Sequence record: NC_048779.1
Length of the DNA stretch: 64,000 nt
Strand: one strand, 5' to 3'
Shown here: positions 9,650 to 18,778 of the stretch, piece by piece
How positions within the stretch are numbered: the stretch's first letter is position 1
Layout of the letters: the number at the start of each line of letters is the position of its first letter
Notes under the pieces: model-generated
Database searches by the model: none
What the model was told of the DNA's origin: nothing
Seen by the model: the letters and a program-made list of their open reading frames with translations, nothing else
Program-made: the position numbers and the translations under genes

Positions 9650-9985
9650 TTAATAGGTAATTTGGTAAACTCGGTCTTTGAGCTCTTGTAATTCACAAGG
9701 GCACATGTGACCAATAAAGACGGTTTCGTAAAGATAATCCAAACAACGATAAATGTTCTTTACGTTATCTTCACGCCAGACCAGAGCGCGAACGGCTTCG
9801 TATTGTTCTGACAACACACAAGCCATCAGGTTCAAGAACCAACCATTGGGACCGAAGCTTTCTGGTTCCATCGTACACTGAAGACCTAAGATCAATATTG
9901 CATCTTCTTCAAATTCAGCCGGATTAAAGTTAGTCTCTTTTGTTTCTAGTTTAGCGCGGAGTGCTTCTACGATTACTTTGTTCAT
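9650..9985 (-). CDS. Hypothetical protein
   Basis: 111 aa ORF in a tightly packed operon. Confidence 0.7.
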   Translation of the reverse strand: MNKVIVEALRAKLETKETNFNPAEFEEDAILILGLQCTMEPESFGPNGWFLNLMACVLSEQYEAVRALVWREDNVKNIYRCLDYLYETVFIGHMCPCELQELKDRVYQITY

Positions 9986-9989
9986 GTCT

Positions 9990-10448
9990 TTACCTGTAAG
10001 ATAGGTTTAGGATAAGGGTTAGGGTTTTGGTTAGATCTCGACTTAGTTGATTCGTCCGAGTTAACCCGCATCGCTCCAGAGACTCCGTGATAAGAGCTTC
10101 TTTATTCATGGTTTCCAAGTGATGTCGATGGATAAAGGCATCCGCCAACGTTTGACCGAACGACAGGCATTGGTGATGATGTTTATATTTCAGTGTGTAT
10201 TCTGCGTAAATACATCCGGCAATAAACACCGCGCCTTTGTAGTCATGTTTATAGTTATGGTAATTTAAAAATTCTAGTTGGCGTTGAAGCCTTTCGTTAT
10301 GTAAGAATTGATGAATGTTATCAAACTCTAACAATCCTAGGTAATAGGACAAATAACCATGGAAAACTTCATGGTCAGCATTAATGCGATAAAAAATAGC
10401 GTAGAAGATACGCTGGAGTTCAAGGAAGAAAGGAGTTACGTATTTCAT
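9990..10448 (-). CDS. Hypothetical helical protein, possible paralog of 10445..10915
   Basis: 152 aa; 4-nt ATGA overlap with the upstream gene. Confidence 0.7.
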   Translation of the reverse strand: MKYVTPFFLELQRIFYAIFYRINADHEVFHGYLSYYLGLLEFDNIHQFLHNERLQRQLEFLNYHNYKHDYKGAVFIAGCIYAEYTLKYKHHHQCLSFGQTLADAFIHRHHLETMNKEALITESLERCGLTRTNQLSRDLTKTLTLILNLSYR

Positions 10449-10915
10449 GCCGTCACCTGTTCTTTGATTGCTTCTTCCACATTACTAATCATACGTTCAA
10501 GATAATCCAGTGCGACATCGGCTAAGTTAACCGCTGTTTGTTCTTCTTTGAAGAACTTACTTGGGATCGCAATCATTTCCAAATAAACGTCTTCTTTGCT
10601 TTTACCTTCACCTAACATCCTCACCCCCTCAGTGAGCGTGTAAGCGATTGTCTGCGCTTTCTCGTGTGTAAACCGTGTATACACCTTAATATGGTAATAC
10701 GCTACGGTAAAGAGCGCTTTGGACTCTTTATCTTTGATGTTGAGGTTGGTGATCAACATAGAGGTGCGATTAATATCCACTGGTTTTAATTTTTGACTCA
10801 ACCCTAGGACACTACGGTAATGGTCGATAAGTGAACGATATTTAGTCATGGTGGAATCCTTGTTTATTTTAATGCTTCTTGTGTAATTGTCTTCGCATCG
10901 TTTAAATGACACCAT
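10445..10915 (-). CDS. Hypothetical helical protein
   Basis: 156 aa ORF. The real start may be the internal MTKYRS after AAGGA. Confidence 0.7.
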   Translation of the reverse strand: MVSFKRCEDNYTRSIKINKDSTMTKYRSLIDHYRSVLGLSQKLKPVDINRTSMLITNLNIKDKESKALFTVAYYHIKVYTRFTHEKAQTIAYTLTEGVRMLGEGKSKEDVYLEMIAIPSKFFKEEQTAVNLADVALDYLERMISNVEEAIKEQVTA

Positions 10916-11370
10916 AAGTGTCCGATGAGTGTTGTCAGTAGTTCTATCGTAGGTTCTCGATCCAAGGTGGTTCTTAGTTTCTTTTCACAACTGGTTAAAC
11001 TAAAAACGACTTGATCTCCATTTGCCCATAGATGGACTGTACTGGTTTCTCCTACGTATTCTCCGGTATCTGGTTCAACTAATAAACCAACCGGGCGGTG
11101 ATCGTTTACCACGCCACCGTCTTGTAAGTGCTTTACGTACTCCTGTAAGGTTTTGATGAGGCGCTCTATTTTGTTGAACGCCGACTCGATGTTGAGTTCT
11201 CGAAGGGGGTATTCTTTCAATGACACCTCACGATGTAAGGTGACGTCCGTTTTATTTAGATAGACGGTAAAATACATCTTCAACAAATTGTTGTCATTGA
11301 CCGAACAACTGTAAGCGACCATACTCAACCCTTTGTCGCTCAAGAACTCTCTTCTTCCGATCTTTTTCAT
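10864..11370 (-). CDS. Hypothetical protein, possible paralog of 11367..11864
   Basis: 168 aa; 4-nt ATGA overlap with the upstream gene. Confidence 0.7.
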   Translation of the reverse strand: MKKIGRREFLSDKGLSMVAYSCSVNDNNLLKMYFTVYLNKTDVTLHREVSLKEYPLRELNIESAFNKIERLIKTLQEYVKHLQDGGVVNDHRPVGLLVEPDTGEYVGETSTVHLWANGDQVVFSLTSCEKKLRTTLDREPTIELLTTLIGHLWCHLNDAKTITQEALK

Positions 11371-11864
11371 GACGCCACCAATTTACCTAATGCCTTGTTA
11401 TGTTGTTTCGCCAAGTCCGTCAATGTTAGAAGTACATCCACCATCTTTTCATCTTCCATAGAAAAATACGTGGTAGAAGTTCCTATTTGTATGATCATTT
11501 TAAAAGAGTTCTTAAAATGATGTTGGATGGAAATAGTGACCTGATCGTGGATATCTCGATGCGGTATAGCCCAAGATCGTTGTCGGTTACCTTCGTTACT
11601 CGAAACGGTGATAAAGTCATGGGCCTTATCCAAAACCCCAATAAGTTCGGTAACGTGTTGCATGTGGCGAGTGACTTCTTGGTTGAGTGTGTTGTCGACG
11701 TCTAACATACAAAACACAGAAGCGACATTTCGGTTTTTGATGGAGTAACCTACATTAATGAACCTTCCTTTGTAAGACTCATTAATAAAGAATTCGGCGC
11801 AACATAGTGCGCCTTCATCGTTGGTTAACCAATCCCGGACGTAATGGTTTCTTAATTCACTCAT
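11367..11864 (-). CDS. Hypothetical protein
   Basis: 165 aa; 4-nt ATGA overlap with the upstream gene. Confidence 0.7.
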   Translation of the reverse strand: MSELRNHYVRDWLTNDEGALCCAEFFINESYKGRFINVGYSIKNRNVASVFCMLDVDNTLNQEVTRHMQHVTELIGVLDKAHDFITVSSNEGNRQRSWAIPHRDIHDQVTISIQHHFKNSFKMIIQIGTSTTYFSMEDEKMVDVLLTLTDLAKQHNKALGKLVAS

Positions 11865-12700
11865 ACGTACTCCGAAGTATTAGAAGTGTACAGACTTTTA
11901 ACTGGTAACTTCCCTCTTAGGACTTCGGTTAGATCTTTAAGATCACGTAGCTCAATACGACGGATTTTAGCCAGTAACTTATCTTTAAGGACATATGCTG
12001 ATTTGAAGTGGTATCCTTTGATGTACGCCAAGTGTTCCTCGTTCTCTGACTCAGGATCAAAACGCACAGTATCAAAAGTACCTACGTGAGAAGTAAGCAA
12101 CCCTAAACAGTCAAAGTCGTACATCTCAACGCGAGTCGCCATTAATTCTGTAAATCGTTGAAGCTTCCTAGGGAGTTGTACTTTATCCACGTACTTCTTA
12201 CCAACGGACTTAGGACCTAAGTGTTTTGTGTAAACCAACTTAGGACAGTAGTCAATGACTTTAGACTCTACTCCAGATTCTTCAATTAGGAACTTACTCA
12301 CTCGGCGCATCGCTCTAACCGCTCTAGCGATTTTCTCATCATCCATTTCTAGACGATCAAGTGTTTCCAAGAAACGATACATGTCCATGGATTCATCTTG
12401 GTATTTTTCTAACCATTCAGCGAACACATTCTCCCCATCAATTGCTTCCTTATCCCCTTGTTCACTCCAGAGACGTTGCAAGATAGGATAGTGTTTATGT
12501 TCTTTATTTTTATCCAACTGTCGGATGATTTCTTGCTCGCTCTCTAGGCCTGCTCGCCATCCCGTTAATGCATCACAATAATCATACCAGTAATTGTGAC
12601 TGCAAATGCGTTGGTATAATTTTAACAACTCAGGTTGTTGGGACATGATGTTCTTTTCGAAACGAGTGGCAAAGCGTTGGGTGTAAGTCAATTTAGTCAT
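11861..12700 (-). CDS. Hypothetical protein
   Basis: 279 aa; first gene of the 7-gene early operon downstream of the 12.7-12.9 kb non-coding region. Confidence 0.75.
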   Translation of the reverse strand: MTKLTYTQRFATRFEKNIMSQQPELLKLYQRICSHNYWYDYCDALTGWRAGLESEQEIIRQLDKNKEHKHYPILQRLWSEQGDKEAIDGENVFAEWLEKYQDESMDMYRFLETLDRLEMDDEKIARAVRAMRRVSKFLIEESGVESKVIDYCPKLVYTKHLGPKSVGKKYVDKVQLPRKLQRFTELMATRVEMYDFDCLGLLTSHVGTFDTVRFDPESENEEHLAYIKGYHFKSAYVLKDKLLAKIRRIELRDLKDLTEVLRGKLPVKSLYTSNTSEYV

Positions 12701-12776
12701 AATGTGTTCTCTTTGTTATCAGTTGTTATCGTGACCTAACGGTCGTTAGGGTAGTACACGTTAAATAACCTTTATC

Positions 12777-12873
12777 CGTATTACTCCGTAATACTCACCG
12801 TATATACTCTCATCACTTCGTAATGTCGTATATACTCTAAGGTATATTTAACTTAATATATTAATTAAATTAT
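12777..12873. repeat. Degenerate CGTA-core repeat cluster plus AT-rich tract
   Basis: CGTA at 12777, 12787, 12799, 12819 and 12827; cgtatatactct occurs twice (12799, 12827); gtattac-tcc-gtaatac inverted repeat; near-pure A/T tract at 12843-12873. Confidence 0.5.
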
Positions 12874-12937
12874 CTTCGATGTTTTTTAACTCTTTCCCCC
12901 TCCCCCATTAGGATAACTTTTCCAGTAAGAAAATATT

Positions 12938-13249
12938 TCAATTACATTCAAAATGATCAAGTAATAAGGTCCCATGAATCAAGTTATTGAGTTCGGATAC
13001 GGTGAAGTCACACTTCAATGACTTTAGAGTAGAGATCAAGAAATCATCTGATGCTTGATCAACGTACTGGTTATACCAAGTCCCATCACTCCATCGGAAG
13101 ATGTCGTAGGCGTTAACAAAATACAAGTCCTTGTATCGAGTTACTCTCAAAGTGAGCTCTTCTTCTGGACTGGTTCGTATTAACAGTCTTGCGACGTTCT
13201 CATAAGGGATAGGTTTGGGTTTCTTTTTGAAACAGTTAAATAAACGCAT
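12938..13249 (-). CDS. Hypothetical protein
   Basis: 103 aa ORF with GAGGG upstream. Confidence 0.6.
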   Translation of the reverse strand: MRLFNCFKKKPKPIPYENVARLLIRTSPEEELTLRVTRYKDLYFVNAYDIFRWSDGTWYNQYVDQASDDFLISTLKSLKCDFTVSELNNLIHGTLLLDHFECN

Positions 13250-13424
13250 TCTAACGCCCTCTGGTTACCGTTTTGTTTAATTCATGAACCAATATAGCTT
13301 GGAAGTCTTTATCACTGTCTCTGTCCGTTTTACGGCGTTTTGTCTGATTTGGAATAACAGGTTTAGAGTGTTGACCGAAATAAGGTGGGGTAGGATTAAT
13401 TTTTAAAAACATAATAAACTCCTA

Positions 13425-13454
13425 TACCCAGAGACCCCGAAGGATCCCTGAGTA
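13425..13454 (-). terminator. Intrinsic terminator with c(UUCG)g tetraloop
   Basis: Minus strand reads tactcagggatcc-ttcg-gggtctctgggta; all 13 positions pair when G-U is allowed; T-rich sequence downstream. Confidence 0.75.
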
Positions 13455-13464
13455 TTTAGGTGAA

Positions 13465-13863
13465 TTAAAGGTGAAAGACGTTACTGAAACTCGCTTCATT
13501 TAACTGATGGTGACTACGAAGTTGGTTGTACTCGTCTTGGTAGCTAACTTCTAGTTCTCTTGTATCCGACTTACGGACGTTATACACATCCATCTGGAAC
13601 GAGTAACTGGTGATCCCTCTACGGCGTACCATCTGGAAGGTATAGTTGATGTTCAGGTTATCCATAATCGCAAAGATGCGATTAAGTGAGATGCTTCTAA
13701 CGCTACCATTCTTAATAGAGCTCAACGTTGAAGGATTCACTTTAGCCATTTCCGCCATCGCTTTGATGCTCTTCACTTTATGGTTACGGTAAACCCAGCT
13801 GCTTAGTTGAACTAGTGCGAAGATACGAATTTGGTTTAGTGAACCGTCTTTCTTGATAGTCAT
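13465..13863 (-). CDS. XRE/Cro-like helix-turn-helix protein
   Basis: SIKAMAEMAKVNPSTLSSIKNGSVRSISLNRIFAIMDNL fits the HTH_3/HTH_26 pattern (LA...GV..STLS.I.NG....IS...L..I). Confidence 0.7.
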   Translation of the reverse strand: MTIKKDGSLNQIRIFALVQLSSWVYRNHKVKSIKAMAEMAKVNPSTLSSIKNGSVRSISLNRIFAIMDNLNINYTFQMVRRRGITSYSFQMDVYNVRKSDTRELEVSYQDEYNQLRSHHQLNEASFSNVFHL

Positions 13864-13917
13864 GGTATAAATCCTTAATTGATGTATTGGTAAAATCAGT
13901 TGTTATCGGTTGATGAA

Positions 13918-15330
13918 TTAAAGGCGCTTCATCATGCGCTTCATTAGTGGTGATATCTCTTTACGAGACTGTTTAAGCTTCACGCCTTTGATGGTCGGTT
14001 CGATAGGTTCCATGTTCTCTTCACACCAGTTAGGTAAGATTAGATCTAGATCACCCAACATACCAGTTATCTCTTTAACAAACTCAGTTTCTAATAAAGT
14101 AGGTCCTTCACCATCTAAATAAGAAGAGTGAATCGTGCAGTTCACGAACAATTTAGAATCTGAGTAATCTTCTTTGTCAGCGCGGTCACAACTTATTGCT
14201 GACGACACTCCCAGTGAATGTGAAACTAGACGGTCGTCTTTATTCAAGTAGCTAATGAACTCTGAGGACGACACAGCTTTAGGACCGAGGTAAGTTTTAG
14301 GAGTACTTAACGTATACGGTGTCCCGTGAGCACCAAAGGTCGAGTTAGTCAACATAGACTTAGCTTGCTTCAGTATAACTAGTTTAGTTCTTTCCGTATT
14401 GTCTTTAATTGGATGTTGAAAGACGCCAACAGCTCGGTTTACAACTAACCGCACTTTATCACTGAAGATCTGGAACAGTAAAATGTCGTTAGGTCTCACA
14501 AAGTCATCAACCTCTTCTATTTCACACTTAATGTTGCCGATGTAACACTCCAGATTTTCAGCTAGTTGGTAGAGTTGATTTACTCTGGTTTCATTCATGA
14601 ATCCTTCCACAATACGAGTGTAGAACTCGATGTGGGGTTGACGGATTACTTGTCGTGATAGGTACTGTGGTCCACCATCACGTTGTAAGTTCACTCTTCG
14701 TATAGAAAAGTCCGGCTTAGCTCCATCGATATCTTTTATGGTCCCTAGCCACAAAGATTTTAAACAAACGAATGCATCCGACTGCATGTGAGGATTTAGT
14801 TTAGGTTGTTTCTCACCATCCAACAATGAGATGTTAATACGTCCACCAAACACCTCCACCATGAAGCTATCTTCTATTTCTATTTGTTCGGAAATAGTGA
14901 TTAAGTCTGTTTCATGGTTACCTTGATAGAAGTGTACTTCTTTGGGTTTTAATTGAGTTCTCAGGTTTTCTATTAAACCAGTAGGATCACCGACAATAGC
15001 GTAGTTGCTACGACCAAAACATTTGATCAACTCCATCGTAACCGAATCTTCTTTTAAATCCACTCGAAGTAAGTCTCCCGGTACGCTCATATCTTCTAGC
15101 ACTTTAGTAGTGACAGGACGACCATCAATAAGACAATAAACGTTCTCAGGATCTTTATCTTTGATAAAGGGTTGGGTGTTGAGTGGAGTGGTGAGTCGAA
15201 CTTCTCCTTGACCTTCCGGACAAGGTTTGTGGATCGTCTCTACTAAGGACTTCAAAGTGTCATGTTGATTTTCTTCAATAAGACCTAACATTGCACTTTT
15301 ACGTGTTTGGTATTCGTTATTATCAGACAT
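13918..15330 (-). CDS. Hypothetical protein (470 aa)
   Basis: Long ORF with AGGA SD and an early-type promoter; no motif recognised. Confidence 0.8.
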   Translation of the reverse strand: MSDNNEYQTRKSAMLGLIEENQHDTLKSLVETIHKPCPEGQGEVRLTTPLNTQPFIKDKDPENVYCLIDGRPVTTKVLEDMSVPGDLLRVDLKEDSVTMELIKCFGRSNYAIVGDPTGLIENLRTQLKPKEVHFYQGNHETDLITISEQIEIEDSFMVEVFGGRINISLLDGEKQPKLNPHMQSDAFVCLKSLWLGTIKDIDGAKPDFSIRRVNLQRDGGPQYLSRQVIRQPHIEFYTRIVEGFMNETRVNQLYQLAENLECYIGNIKCEIEEVDDFVRPNDILLFQIFSDKVRLVVNRAVGVFQHPIKDNTERTKLVILKQAKSMLTNSTFGAHGTPYTLSTPKTYLGPKAVSSSEFISYLNKDDRLVSHSLGVSSAISCDRADKEDYSDSKLFVNCTIHSSYLDGEGPTLLETEFVKEITGMLGDLDLILPNWCEENMEPIEPTIKGVKLKQSRKEISPLMKRMMKRL

Positions 15331-15384
15331 GGTTGGGTTCCTAATAAGGTTAATGAAAATGAAACTGTTCTTAGTTTCATGTAG

Positions 15385-15401
15385 GTAATATAGATTTGAA
15401 A
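15385..15401 (-). promoter_or_regulatory. Putative early promoter TTTCA-AATCT-ATATTAC
   Basis: Best match to the recurrent motif; overlaps the inverted repeat TAGATTT-N4-AAATCTA (15391-15408). Confidence 0.6.
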
Positions 15402-15418
15402 AAATCTAAATGCAAAGG

Positions 15419-15449
15419 TAACTACGGTGGACTTAGTCCACCGTAGTTA
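15419..15449 (-). terminator. Hairpin terminator
   Basis: 14-bp stem taactacggtggac/gtccaccgtagtta abutting the stop codon at 15450. Confidence 0.75.
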
Positions 15450-16781
15450 TCAGACATATTGTTCTTCCAGACCCATGAACAGTGTTAAGTTCATGTTACA
15501 ATAAAACGAATACTGAGGGGAAGCATCTTTCGGTGCGAAATCATAAGCCATACCAATGACAGTTCCCGTGCGTTGTTTTACCACTCCATCCGAAGTCAAG
15601 TAATAATAACGGAAGGGCATCCCCGGACGTATTAATCTAGGGTCCGCGTTTTTCCAAGGTATTGTTAGTACCTCGCCGTTGTTTACTCGAGACTTAGATA
15701 GTTCCCTCGCTATGTTGTTCGTTGGGACGGGATTCACGTGTATTCGTTCTTCTCCAGATTTTCGCTCAACAGTACGGAATTGAGTTAATGAGTCTTGTCG
15801 AGTTAATAACACTTGACCTTTCTCATAATGACTCCCCACCATTCCGTTTGCAGCTTTACTGGAAATGATCTGTTGACCAGTACCCTTGTTTTGAAGCTGG
15901 ACGTCTACCGAGTTACGAAGTTCACCCTGACCACTGGAAACGATACTCAAGTTAGAATCGTTAACGTAGTAAGAATGTTCGATAGAAGGCATAACATCTT
16001 CGGGCACACGAATAATATCCAACGTATAGTCACTGCGGTCATATTTCACAGAGTCCCATAACGTGTAGACACGCCATTCCCCGTTCATGTAGTAGGAACC
16101 AACTCCTCGAGAATAAACACCGTAATCATTTTCCTGAAGAAACTGCACGATATTAATCAAGTTAGTTTTTCCTTGGGGGAAGACGATCTGACGATACACT
16201 ACTTGGTTATCAACAGGTTCTTCTATGAACACACCACGGAAACGGTCTTGTCCTGTTAATCCCAAATCAATGGTTTCAGAACTTAACACGTAGTGAATGA
16301 CGTCCTTTACGTTAGCGGATAAGAACGTATCGGAATAAGGAATCGTACGAAGTTTAGAAAACCCTAAATCGATCAACTGAAAATCAAGACTGATAAAGTT
16401 TTGATTGTCATAAAGACTTAAATCGATTTCCTTGGTGGTGTTTCCTAACGCTTCCGTGTCGTTAACTGAGAGAGGGACACACCGGTAGTACCGAAGCTGT
16501 GACTCCCTTCCATTATCCATGATTAATTCGAACTGTAAGTCGTCTTTGAATGGAAGTATCTTACTTTGATACACCCCCGGTTGCAATCTGACTCGAACCC
16601 GAATGTCTTCACTTCGGTTACTGACGAAGTTCCCTAATCCAGAAAGTCGCTCTATCCCGATAATGTCAACAAACCCATCAGGGAGTACAAAACTCCCCGT
16701 TAGTTGATAAACGTATGATGTCGGAGCACTGGCATTTAACCGAGCTTGATCCAGTATGTTACTTAACTCCAATGGGATCAT
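15450..16781 (-). CDS. Virion structural protein, possibly baseplate hub (T4 gp27/VgrG-like; phiKZ gp101 position)
   Basis: Beta-rich 443 aa. YRQIVFPQG..NLINIVQFLQENDYGVY and DPRLIRPGMP...GTVIG resemble gp27/VgrG hub segments (by eye). Confidence 0.5.
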   Translation of the reverse strand: MIPLELSNILDQARLNASAPTSYVYQLTGSFVLPDGFVDIIGIERLSGLGNFVSNRSEDIRVRVRLQPGVYQSKILPFKDDLQFELIMDNGRESQLRYYRCVPLSVNDTEALGNTTKEIDLSLYDNQNFISLDFQLIDLGFSKLRTIPYSDTFLSANVKDVIHYVLSSETIDLGLTGQDRFRGVFIEEPVDNQVVYRQIVFPQGKTNLINIVQFLQENDYGVYSRGVGSYYMNGEWRVYTLWDSVKYDRSDYTLDIIRVPEDVMPSIEHSYYVNDSNLSIVSSGQGELRNSVDVQLQNKGTGQQIISSKAANGMVGSHYEKGQVLLTRQDSLTQFRTVERKSGEERIHVNPVPTNNIARELSKSRVNNGEVLTIPWKNADPRLIRPGMPFRYYYLTSDGVVKQRTGTVIGMAYDFAPKDASPQYSFYCNMNLTLFMGLEEQYV

Positions 16782-16782
16782 G

Positions 16783-17496
16783 TTAAACCCCCATATCTAA
16801 TAAGTCCGCGATATCCGACATATTAACCCGCCATTCGTCTTCCACATCCATAGTGGACTGAGAACGTTTGATCTGGTTATAGTGGGACTTGAGACGTTCT
16901 GGTAATCGGTCATCCAAAATACTTGAATAACTAATTTGGTCAGGGATCTCGTCTACGGATTCAGAAGCACCCATTTGAATCAAGAGTAAGAAAGGATCGA
17001 TTTTGGTGTCTTCCCCTTCAGCGCGGCGTTTGGCAAGCTTCATATTAGCCCGATGAATCATGATCGGTTTGTAAGTATGAAAGACCCACAACGCCACTTC
17101 TTCTAAGTCATACAACTCAGGGATATGAGGGATGTAGTATTGAGGTGCTTCATTAGCGACTTCCATCCACAATTCCAAATATTCCGTGATGTGTTTGAAC
17201 AACCAAATGGAGTCCTCAGCGTCGTAGAACCCGATGCTTGATTCCGTGTTAATTCCCTTGATCAAATCCTTAAGCATGGGGACGGTAACCAAGTAATGGT
17301 TGTGTGCATAGAGATCACTGCCCCAAGCGTAAGAGCCTTCGTAAGAAATATGGTCGTGGTTTGTAATCTCTTCAGGGGACAAGAACATGTGTTTAGGCAC
17401 AAACATTCGGAACCCGTGAAAAGATAACTCCTTCCATAAATCAATCAAACGGCTACGGACATAAGTGTAACGCACTATATCCACGTTAACCTCCAA
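16783..17496 (-). CDS. Hypothetical protein in the structural operon
   Basis: 237 aa ORF; the track start is GTG at 17496, overlapping the upstream stop. Confidence 0.65.
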   Translation of the reverse strand: MEVNVDIVRYTYVRSRLIDLWKELSFHGFRMFVPKHMFLSPEEITNHDHISYEGSYAWGSDLYAHNHYLVTVPMLKDLIKGINTESSIGFYDAEDSIWLFKHITEYLELWMEVANEAPQYYIPHIPELYDLEEVALWVFHTYKPIMIHRANMKLAKRRAEGEDTKIDPFLLLIQMGASESVDEIPDQISYSSILDDRLPERLKSHYNQIKRSQSTMDVEDEWRVNMSDIADLLDMGV

Positions 17497-18775
17497 ATAC
17501 GCGTTTAGAAATCATGATAGCGGAAACCAACAAACCAGCACGGTAAACTTGATCTCGCTTAGACCAGTTTGCGTAATCCTCGCACCACTCTAGGAGCTTT
17601 TGTCGGTCCACCGTACGTTCCCCAAAGAACTCTTTACACCAACGTTCAAATTCTCCTTTGTAACTACCATTGTAGAATTCTTCAGAGAAATAGTTATCAA
17701 CCTCTACACCTTCCTCTACTGGGGGTCTCGGAGCCAAACCATTGTCTCGACTGATGTACAACGAGTTAAGTTCGTTGAACTCTAACTTACTAGGCAACAA
17801 GATGTAATCGAACTTTGTTGCTAAGAACCCAGTGTACCCACGAGAAGACATCATACTCGTACGGTTGTAACGGTAGAGTTTCTTACTGATCATCGGAAGG
17901 AAATCGAAGGACCCTTGAACAAAACAATCCCAGATGGTCAGTTCTTTATCGTAGTTAAAGTTACGACCTACGTTAAAGTTCAAGGACTCAATTGGGTTAG
18001 CTCCCGGGATATATTTGTGTGGGATCACACGTTGCAGGTAACGAACCAGATACGCGTCATAAGAATAGAGACGGTCATCTTCAACCAACGCAATTGTGCG
18101 CTCTGGGTTCCAGTAGTGTTCCGTCAACAAATGCTGAGAGATCATGTAAGCCCAACGATCAAGCTTTTTATTCAAACTACGATCGGTTTCAGAAATGATT
18201 GCCTGTCCACCTTTGATAGCGGACTCTGCCGAGAACCAAGAAGTCTCCACCACTTTACTTCGGATGTTATCTTCAATCTGTTGGTTCATTTCTGCTAGCA
18301 ACGTACATTCACAACTATAAACTTTATCTTTGTAAATGTTCATTGGTTCGGGGGTTTTAGTGATCTGCACTAAACCCGCTCGTCCATCACCAATGTCTTG
18401 GACGAACATGTCAGCTTTTAACGGAGTTAAGTCAAAGATAAAATAACCGATCCACGTTTGACTAACTTCGTAACGTTCTTCATTCCAGTTACGAGAAGGA
18501 TCACCATCCCGTTTGTAAACCATGTTACGTATTTCAGTGTAAGACTGATAAGTCGAGACGTCGTTGAGTTGTAACCCAACCACTTCTTCGTCTTGACCTA
18601 GGAACTGACGGTAATAGTCGCATCGAATAGGTTGACCTGAAACACTATGGAGTAAACTAGTGTGGGGTGTGTATTCAGAATCAACGATTGCGTGTCGATA
18701 CTCTTTAGCGTACACGGTAGGTTTATTCAAATCCGGTTTATCGTCCATCCCCGGAGCTTGTTCTAAGAATGACAT
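17486..18775 (-). CDS. Virion structural protein (possible neck/head-completion protein)
   Basis: 429 aa. LTPLKADMFVQDIGDGRAGLVQIT resembles the P..GD.I stopper-type beta barrel; synteny with phiKZ gp99. Confidence 0.45.
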   Translation of the reverse strand: MSFLEQAPGMDDKPDLNKPTVYAKEYRHAIVDSEYTPHTSLLHSVSGQPIRCDYYRQFLGQDEEVVGLQLNDVSTYQSYTEIRNMVYKRDGDPSRNWNEERYEVSQTWIGYFIFDLTPLKADMFVQDIGDGRAGLVQITKTPEPMNIYKDKVYSCECTLLAEMNQQIEDNIRSKVVETSWFSAESAIKGGQAIISETDRSLNKKLDRWAYMISQHLLTEHYWNPERTIALVEDDRLYSYDAYLVRYLQRVIPHKYIPGANPIESLNFNVGRNFNYDKELTIWDCFVQGSFDFLPMISKKLYRYNRTSMMSSRGYTGFLATKFDYILLPSKLEFNELNSLYISRDNGLAPRPPVEEGVEVDNYFSEEFYNGSYKGEFERWCKEFFGERTVDRQKLLEWCEDYANWSKRDQVYRAGLLVSAIMISKRVFGG

Positions 18776-18778
18776 TCT

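Noticed and set aside
12530-12560. AGLES cleavage-like motif in the 279 aa accessory protein
   Set aside because: Single occurrence in an early accessory operon, with no acidic propeptide; likely chance.
13260-13415. Possible 44-aa ORF (MFLKINPT...) and a start-less protein-like frame
   Set aside because: No convincing SD, and the alternative frame has no start codon; insufficient support.
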